From contig CBDDIJ010000002.1 in assembly GCA_965228855.1 (NCBI GenBank), forward strand, positions 32,001 through 96,000: a stretch of 64,000 nt of DNA, given 5' to 3'. The notes under the pieces are model-generated. The model was not told the origin of the DNA. It searched no databases and saw only the letters and a list, made by a program, of their open reading frames with translations. This document shows positions 58,448 to 64,000 of the stretch, piece after piece. The translations under genes were made by a program, and so were the position numbers. This stretch comes from Candidatus Obscuribacterales bacterium. Its GTDB lineage: Bacteria > Cyanobacteriota > Vampirovibrionia > Obscuribacterales > Obscuribacteraceae. Position 1 is the stretch's first letter. Each line of letters begins with the position of its first letter.

Positions 58448-59113
58448 ATTCTTGGGATTTCAGCCATTTCACTAGCCCGATTTTGGCTATCTGGCAATGA
58501 CGCTTTTCCCAAATTCCGTCATTCTGAGAGCGACAGCGATTCGCAGCGACAGTCCGCTTCGCGGTTCAGCATAGCGACGGGAGACACCGCCTGGATGAAG
58601 ACACCTCCAACTTCACCCCCCCTCTCGCGCTAACTGACACTAGAGATCTTGAGCGGTTTTTCTTTCATAAAAAAACCAAAATCGCCTGTCGCAACTCTAA
58701 AATCCAACAGCTACGATCTTTCAAGCTTCGCATGAAGAGCCAGCTTCACGCAACTCGACATTCACAGATTAGCTCCATACTATCTTTCGCGAGCGCATAA
58801 ATCGTCGCTAACCCCTGCCGAAACCTATTGAGCAGCTTGGGTTTCAAACCGTAGGGTTTAGACGCTTATCTCTTAAAAACTCAGAGTTTTAAAACTTAGA
58901 ACAGAACGTTAAATACCCCGAACTCTCTTATTACCTGGAGCCCCGCAGGCTCTCGCAGTTCACAGCGGTAAACCATTGCATTGCGTGTCAACGACGTCAA
59001 AACGTCGCGCGACGCAGCGTTCACCTGACGATTCATCCGGGCTCACCAAGCTGTTTGGCGAAGTGAGTCACTTTCACTAACTCGTGCGTGTCAAACGCTA
59101 GAAGGAGGGCAAA

Positions 59114-60958
59114 ATGGCCCATGTTATTCTCAGTTCGGCGCTGCCGGACAAAGTTTTGCTCGCGTCCCTTGCCCACTCAGGTTGGTTTTGGACGTTGTTC
59201 GCAGGCTCTGTGCTCGCCTGCATCGCTGTCTATCTGATTCTCTGCACAAGTCGAGGCGTCTGCCCGTTTCCTCACGGACGCAAGAAGAAAGCCGTCACGC
59301 ACGCGAAAGAGCCGCTTTCCATCAGCCGGTCCACTGACAGAGCACGTTCGGCACCCAACACGACGAACGCCGAGACCGCTCCAATGAGCACCATGGACGG
59401 GACGGTGAGCCTGACGGACAAAGACGAGACGGAAACCTCGCTCGCATCCGGTGTCGCTGCATCAGTCCCGACGCAGCAATCGGTTCCGCTTGCAGCTTCC
59501 GACCCGATTCGCCAACCGCTCCTCAACGACTTGCAAGGAAACATTCTGAGCGGTCACGGTCGAGACCACGCGGTTCACCTGTTCATCAGCTTCTCCACCG
59601 ACGCTGAAACCGCTCGCGCCTGGTTGCGGAAAACGGCCGAGACCTACGTGGTATCAGCTGCGGTGCAACAGGCACGATCAAGGGCATTCAAACTGCAGAA
59701 GACAGACGGCGGCATCTTCGGTCACATCTCACTGTCTGCAGCGGGCTACACTGCGCTCGGATTTACTCCGGCGCAATTTCCGCAGGCGGTGAATCCACAA
59801 CGTCGCACCACACATGGTGGCTACAGCGACGTTTTTGCAGCGGGCATGAAGTCCCGTCAGCGCTACCTGCTGGACCCGGCTGTCTCGAATTGGGACGAGG
59901 GCTTCCGCACCGAAATCCACGCACTCGTCATTCTCGCCGGTGACAACGCGGACAGCGTCCAATCTGCAGCCAGCACTCTCACCGCCTCACTCACCAATAC
60001 CACCGGCGACACCATCGGCAAGGTTGTCGCTCGCGAGAACGGCACAGGGCTGACACGCCAGCTCGACAAAAACAATCCCGGCTCTGTCGCTCACGTCGAA
60101 CACTTCGGTTACGTAGACGGTCGCAGTCAGCCACTCTTCCTCGAAGAGCAATTAGAGGCGGAGAAGCGCGCCGGTGGAATCTCCACCTGGGACCCTAGCG
60201 CGCCGCTCTCCCTTGTCCTTACCAGAGACCCGCTCGGCAAGAGCGATACCAGCTTCGGCAGCTTCCTGGTTTTCCGCAAACTGGAACAGAACGTGCGCGG
60301 ATGGAACCGCGCCGTTTCAGCTCTGGCTGCGGAACTTGGCGTGGACGATGAACTCGCCGGTGCGATGGCGATGGGTCGCTTCAAAGACGGCACTCCGGTG
60401 GTCGAACAAGGCACATCGGGTCGCACGGATGTGCATAACGACTTCGACTTCTCTGGCGACAAAACTGGCCGGCGCTGTCCGTTTCAGGCGCACATCCGCA
60501 AGGCAAACCCGCGCGGAGAAGCCGTCGGCGAAGGCGATCTCACGCTGGAAGCAGAGCGCGGTCATCGCATAGTGCGCCGTGGCATCCCGTATGGCGGCGA
60601 CCTTACCACTTCTGCCAACGCGGCAGACCAGCCGGAAGGTGGCGTCGGCTTGCTGTTCTTCTGTTACCAGGGCGACATCTGGGAACAGTTCGAGTTCATC
60701 CAACGCCGCTGGTGCAATAACCCGTACTTCCTGGAACCCCAGAAGTCGAAGGCACCAGGCTACGACGCCACCGGTCTCGACCCCGTCATCGGTCAGGCTC
60801 ACCCGACCAGCCCGAACCCGGCAAAACCGGCAGCAAACTGGCCCAAAGGCTGGGACAGCGAACCGGCGAAAGTTCAGGAGCAACTCGCAAACTTCGTCAC
60901 CATGAAGGGCGGAGAATACTTCTTCTCGCCCAGCATGAGCTTCTTGCTCAATTTATGA
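59114..60958 (+). CDS. DyP-type (dye-decolourising) peroxidase with N-terminal TM helix and linker
   Basis: DLQGNIL, EHFGYVDGRSQP, RKLEQNV, AHIRKANPR, RRGIPYG, GGEYFFSPS; strong RBS aaggagg. Confidence 0.9.
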   Translation: MAHVILSSALPDKVLLASLAHSGWFWTLFAGSVLACIAVYLILCTSRGVCPFPHGRKKKAVTHAKEPLSISRSTDRARSAPNTTNAETAPMSTMDGTVSLTDKDETETSLASGVAASVPTQQSVPLAASDPIRQPLLNDLQGNILSGHGRDHAVHLFISFSTDAETARAWLRKTAETYVVSAAVQQARSRAFKLQKTDGGIFGHISLSAAGYTALGFTPAQFPQAVNPQRRTTHGGYSDVFAAGMKSRQRYLLDPAVSNWDEGFRTEIHALVILAGDNADSVQSAASTLTASLTNTTGDTIGKVVARENGTGLTRQLDKNNPGSVAHVEHFGYVDGRSQPLFLEEQLEAEKRAGGISTWDPSAPLSLVLTRDPLGKSDTSFGSFLVFRKLEQNVRGWNRAVSALAAELGVDDELAGAMAMGRFKDGTPVVEQGTSGRTDVHNDFDFSGDKTGRRCPFQAHIRKANPRGEAVGEGDLTLEAERGHRIVRRGIPYGGDLTTSANAADQPEGGVGLLFFCYQGDIWEQFEFIQRRWCNNPYFLEPQKSKAPGYDATGLDPVIGQAHPTSPNPAKPAANWPKGWDSEPAKVQEQLANFVTMKGGEYFFSPSMSFLLNL

Positions 60959-61773
60959 CATGCACGCGGCTTGAGACAGCACCGCCTACGGTGGCGAAGC
61001 GAGTAAGCCACTCACGAGTGGCTAGTTGAACCATTACTAACTTTGGTCACCAGGTCGTGGCGCCAGGACATGCTGGAGACCGGCAAGCACTCGCTCGGCT
61101 CATTGCATCAACATTCGCGCTGGGTCATCTTGCTGGCTCTAAAGCGTCGGCTCGCGGTGTCGGCTCACAGCATTGGCTCGCACGACTGTCTAAACAAAAG
61201 GCGCAGAAGCAGCTCGTTCCCAAACGACTGCTTCTGCCGCTTTTTGTCATTTCAGCTAGAGCTGTTTGCGGAACAGAGCCTTTTCGGCGCTCTTAATTTG
61301 GTTCGCACATCATTAAGACGAGCTTTCGAGACACCCTAACCCTGAAGGCCGGACCATCTTGGTGCGAATTTATATAAATTGCGCTAGCCCCGCGAGCCGA
61401 TACTCAGCTGTCCTTCGTAATACAAGGACGCTAAAAGCCGCCAGTCAGACAAGCGGATTCGCCGGAACAACTTAGCCTGCGGGGCTTCAAGCATTTGTAA
61501 AGAGGACGCGGACCATAAATAGAATTGCGCCCACCGCGACTGCTAGCAAAAGTAGTCACTTGGCATTTCTCCTCTCTCGAGTCCGGCAACAACTTTCACC
61601 AGCACCACCGCTCGAAAAACCAAACCATCCGCCTCTAGCAACCGCTATGAGGGGAGATATTGCCATGCCGTGATACCGCAGCGATGCGAAATCACACAAC
61701 TGTCCTGGCGAGCTTGTGACGAGGCTCGTCGACTCTGCAGAAACTGCAACTTCACAAAACGGAAGGTACATCT

Positions 61774-63924
61774 ATGCTCGATCAAATCCTGGCTCTCTGG
61801 TGGGCGATTCCCGCCGTCATCGCGTTCCTCGCTCTCGCCTTCTTGGCGTTCAAGTGCATCAAGAACATCGGCGGTACCGAAATCGCAATCACCGAGCGTC
61901 AGTTCATCGGCGCCGAACTCCCCCCGAATCGCGCCTACGCCCTGCCCGGCCAAGTCGGCATCCAGGCGCGCTATCTGGCGCCCGGTCTGAAGTTCATCCC
62001 CTGGCCCTTCGTCCGCGTCGTCGAACGCCAGCCGTTCTTCACCGTCGGACCGGATGAACTCGGCATCGTCACCTCGACCGACGGCGAACCGCTGCCCCAC
62101 GGCCGCATCTTCGCCGAAGACAAGGCCGAGGAGAAGCACGACAACTTCCAGGATCCGCTGGGCTTCATCAACAACGGCGGCGTCCGCGGCGAGCAGCTTC
62201 GCTATCTGACCAACGGTCAGTGGAAGCTGCACAGCAAGCTGTTCCAGGTCCGCAAGATCAAGAAGACGTACATCCCCGACGGCAAGATCGGCGTGGTCTA
62301 CGCTGCCGACGGCGCCTCGCTGACCGCTGGTCAGCTGGTCGGTCGCTCGGTCGCCGGTCACGACAACTTCCAGAAGGCGGAAGTCTTCCTGCGCAACGGC
62401 GGTCAGAAGGGTCCGCAGGTCGACATCCTGCTGCCCGGTACCTACAACATCCACACCGGCATGTTCAAGGTCGAGATCAAGGACGCGATCGCGATCGAGG
62501 ACGGCAAGATCGGTGTCGTCGAGGCGCTCGGCGGTGAGGCTCTGCCCAAGGGCGACGTCATCGCGGATTCGCCGGACGGTCACTCGAACTTCCAGGACGG
62601 CGAAGCCTTCCTGAAGAACGGCGGCAAGCGCGGTCCCCAGACCTCGATCCTGGCGCCGGGCCGTTACTACGTGAACCCCTACCTGTTCCAGGTGACCACG
62701 CGTCCGCAGACGACGGTGTCGCAGGGTCAGGTCGCGGTCCTGATCGCCAACCACGGCAAGGACCCGTCGGAAGACGTCGTGCTGGACGGCGAGGGCAACC
62801 CCGCTCCGAACCAGCCGCGCAAGGACAACGGCCCGCTCGAGGGTCAGGCGAAGGACGGCGCCGAAAACCACCTGAACGACGGCAACCGCACCCGCCACGT
62901 CGTGCCGGCCGGCTACCGCGGCATCCAGAAGGATGTGCTCGGACCCGGTCGCTACAACATCAACCCGCTCGTTCACCAGGTCGTGATCGTTCCGACGACC
63001 ACGCGCTCGCTGCACTGGGCGCAGGAAGGCGAGAAGGGCGCCATCGCGTTCGATCCGTTCGAGGTCGTGTCGCATGACGGCTTCTCCATGAAAGTGGAAG
63101 TGCGCTGCCAGTATCGGGTCCTGCCCGAGAACGCGCCGTACGTCATCGCCAAGCTCGGCTCGATCGAAGAGCTGGAGCGCAACGTCATCCACCCGCAGAT
63201 CGACGGCATCTTCCGTGCCGAGGTCTCCAAGTCGCCGGCGATCAACTACCAGCAGTCCCGCGCCGACGAGCAGCGCAAGGCCGAGGCGGAAGTCCGCACC
63301 GACCTCGCCAAGTACAAGGTGGAAGTGGTCTCGGTCATGATCACGAACATCCACCTGCCCGAAGAGCTGATGAAGACGACGCAAGAGCGCAACCTGGCCG
63401 AACAGCGCAAGTCGATGTTCGACGCCCAGGAGACTGCCGAGAAGCGCCGCATCGAGCTCGAGCAGACCAAGGCCAAGGCCAACAACCAGGCGCGCATCGT
63501 CGAAGCCGAGACCGGCATCACGGTCGCCGAGCACGTCGCCGCGCAGAAGGTCAAGACCGCCGAAGGCGAGGCGAAGCAGATCCGTCTGACTGCCGAAGCC
63601 AATGCGGACGCGACCAAGCTGGCCGGTGACGCCGAAGCGACCGCGAAGCGCGCCGTCGGTGAAGCGACCGGTGACGCCTACAAGCGTCAGGCGGACGCCA
63701 TGGGTCAGGGCAACATCGCGCTCGTCGAGGCCCTCAAGGTCGTCGGCGAAGCCGGTCTGCGCATCACCCCCGACATCGTCGCCGGCGGCAGCGCTGGTGG
63801 CGACGCGGGCGGACTCGGCGCGGTGCTCGTCGCGCTGCTCACCCAGCAGATCGCAGCCAGCCAGAAGGGCACGGCTCCGACCACCGAAGCGGCTCCGGCT
63901 GCCGAAGGCTCGGACGCGAAGTAA
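61774..63924 (+). CDS. SPFH/flotillin-like membrane protein with tandem N-terminal repeats
   Basis: N-terminal TM; repeated HxNFQ..F..NGG..G.Q...L.PG.Y; band-7 core (SHDGF...); AEGEA-rich coil; ITPDI C-terminal motif. Confidence 0.88.
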   Translation: MLDQILALWWAIPAVIAFLALAFLAFKCIKNIGGTEIAITERQFIGAELPPNRAYALPGQVGIQARYLAPGLKFIPWPFVRVVERQPFFTVGPDELGIVTSTDGEPLPHGRIFAEDKAEEKHDNFQDPLGFINNGGVRGEQLRYLTNGQWKLHSKLFQVRKIKKTYIPDGKIGVVYAADGASLTAGQLVGRSVAGHDNFQKAEVFLRNGGQKGPQVDILLPGTYNIHTGMFKVEIKDAIAIEDGKIGVVEALGGEALPKGDVIADSPDGHSNFQDGEAFLKNGGKRGPQTSILAPGRYYVNPYLFQVTTRPQTTVSQGQVAVLIANHGKDPSEDVVLDGEGNPAPNQPRKDNGPLEGQAKDGAENHLNDGNRTRHVVPAGYRGIQKDVLGPGRYNINPLVHQVVIVPTTTRSLHWAQEGEKGAIAFDPFEVVSHDGFSMKVEVRCQYRVLPENAPYVIAKLGSIEELERNVIHPQIDGIFRAEVSKSPAINYQQSRADEQRKAEAEVRTDLAKYKVEVVSVMITNIHLPEELMKTTQERNLAEQRKSMFDAQETAEKRRIELEQTKAKANNQARIVEAETGITVAEHVAAQKVKTAEGEAKQIRLTAEANADATKLAGDAEATAKRAVGEATGDAYKRQADAMGQGNIALVEALKVVGEAGLRITPDIVAGGSAGGDAGGLGAVLVALLTQQIAASQKGTAPTTEAAPAAEGSDAK

Positions 63925-64000
63925 CCGCGGCGGCTAGCGATTAATCGTCGCCGACCGAACGCAAAGGCTGCCACCAATCGTGGTGCCAGCTACGGGGGCG

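Overview
The window looks like two unrelated genomes joined at about 29,510. LEFT (1-29,510; very GC-rich, Rhizobiales/Mesorhizobium-like by inference): a peptide-type ABC transporter with a hydantoinase/oxoprolinase and two DUF917 genes; a three-gene FAD dehydrogenase module whose cytochrome partner is an atypical mono-haem protein; a LysR-controlled catabolic operon of unknown substrate; and the myo-inositol genes iolG/iolC/iolD/iolE with iolB cut off at the junction. RIGHT (29,510-64,000; lower GC, long repeat-rich intergenic regions, possibly Melainabacteria/Obscuribacterales by inference only) begins inside a lytic transglycosylase gene. Its most striking locus is a 999-aa TPM-like/TM/coiled-coil/Gly-tail gene followed by three almost identical copies of a PspA/IM30 (ESCRT-III-like) gene that carries an unusual N-terminal hydrophobic anchor; the coding sequences are homogenised while the hairpin-rich spacers have diverged. 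A shorter TPM-like paralogue and a repeat-expanded SPFH protein lie in the same segment. Other highlights are a purine nucleoside phosphorylase pair with complementary losses (one catalytic, one pseudo-enzyme that keeps the inter-subunit loop), a PLD-XRE fusion behind a nested repeat array, a receiver-like/ASCH fusion, a 146-bp tandem array, and a dispersed 26-bp palindrome family. I found no rRNA, tRNA, genuine CRISPR array or transposase. All family calls come from motif recognition by eye, with no database searches.
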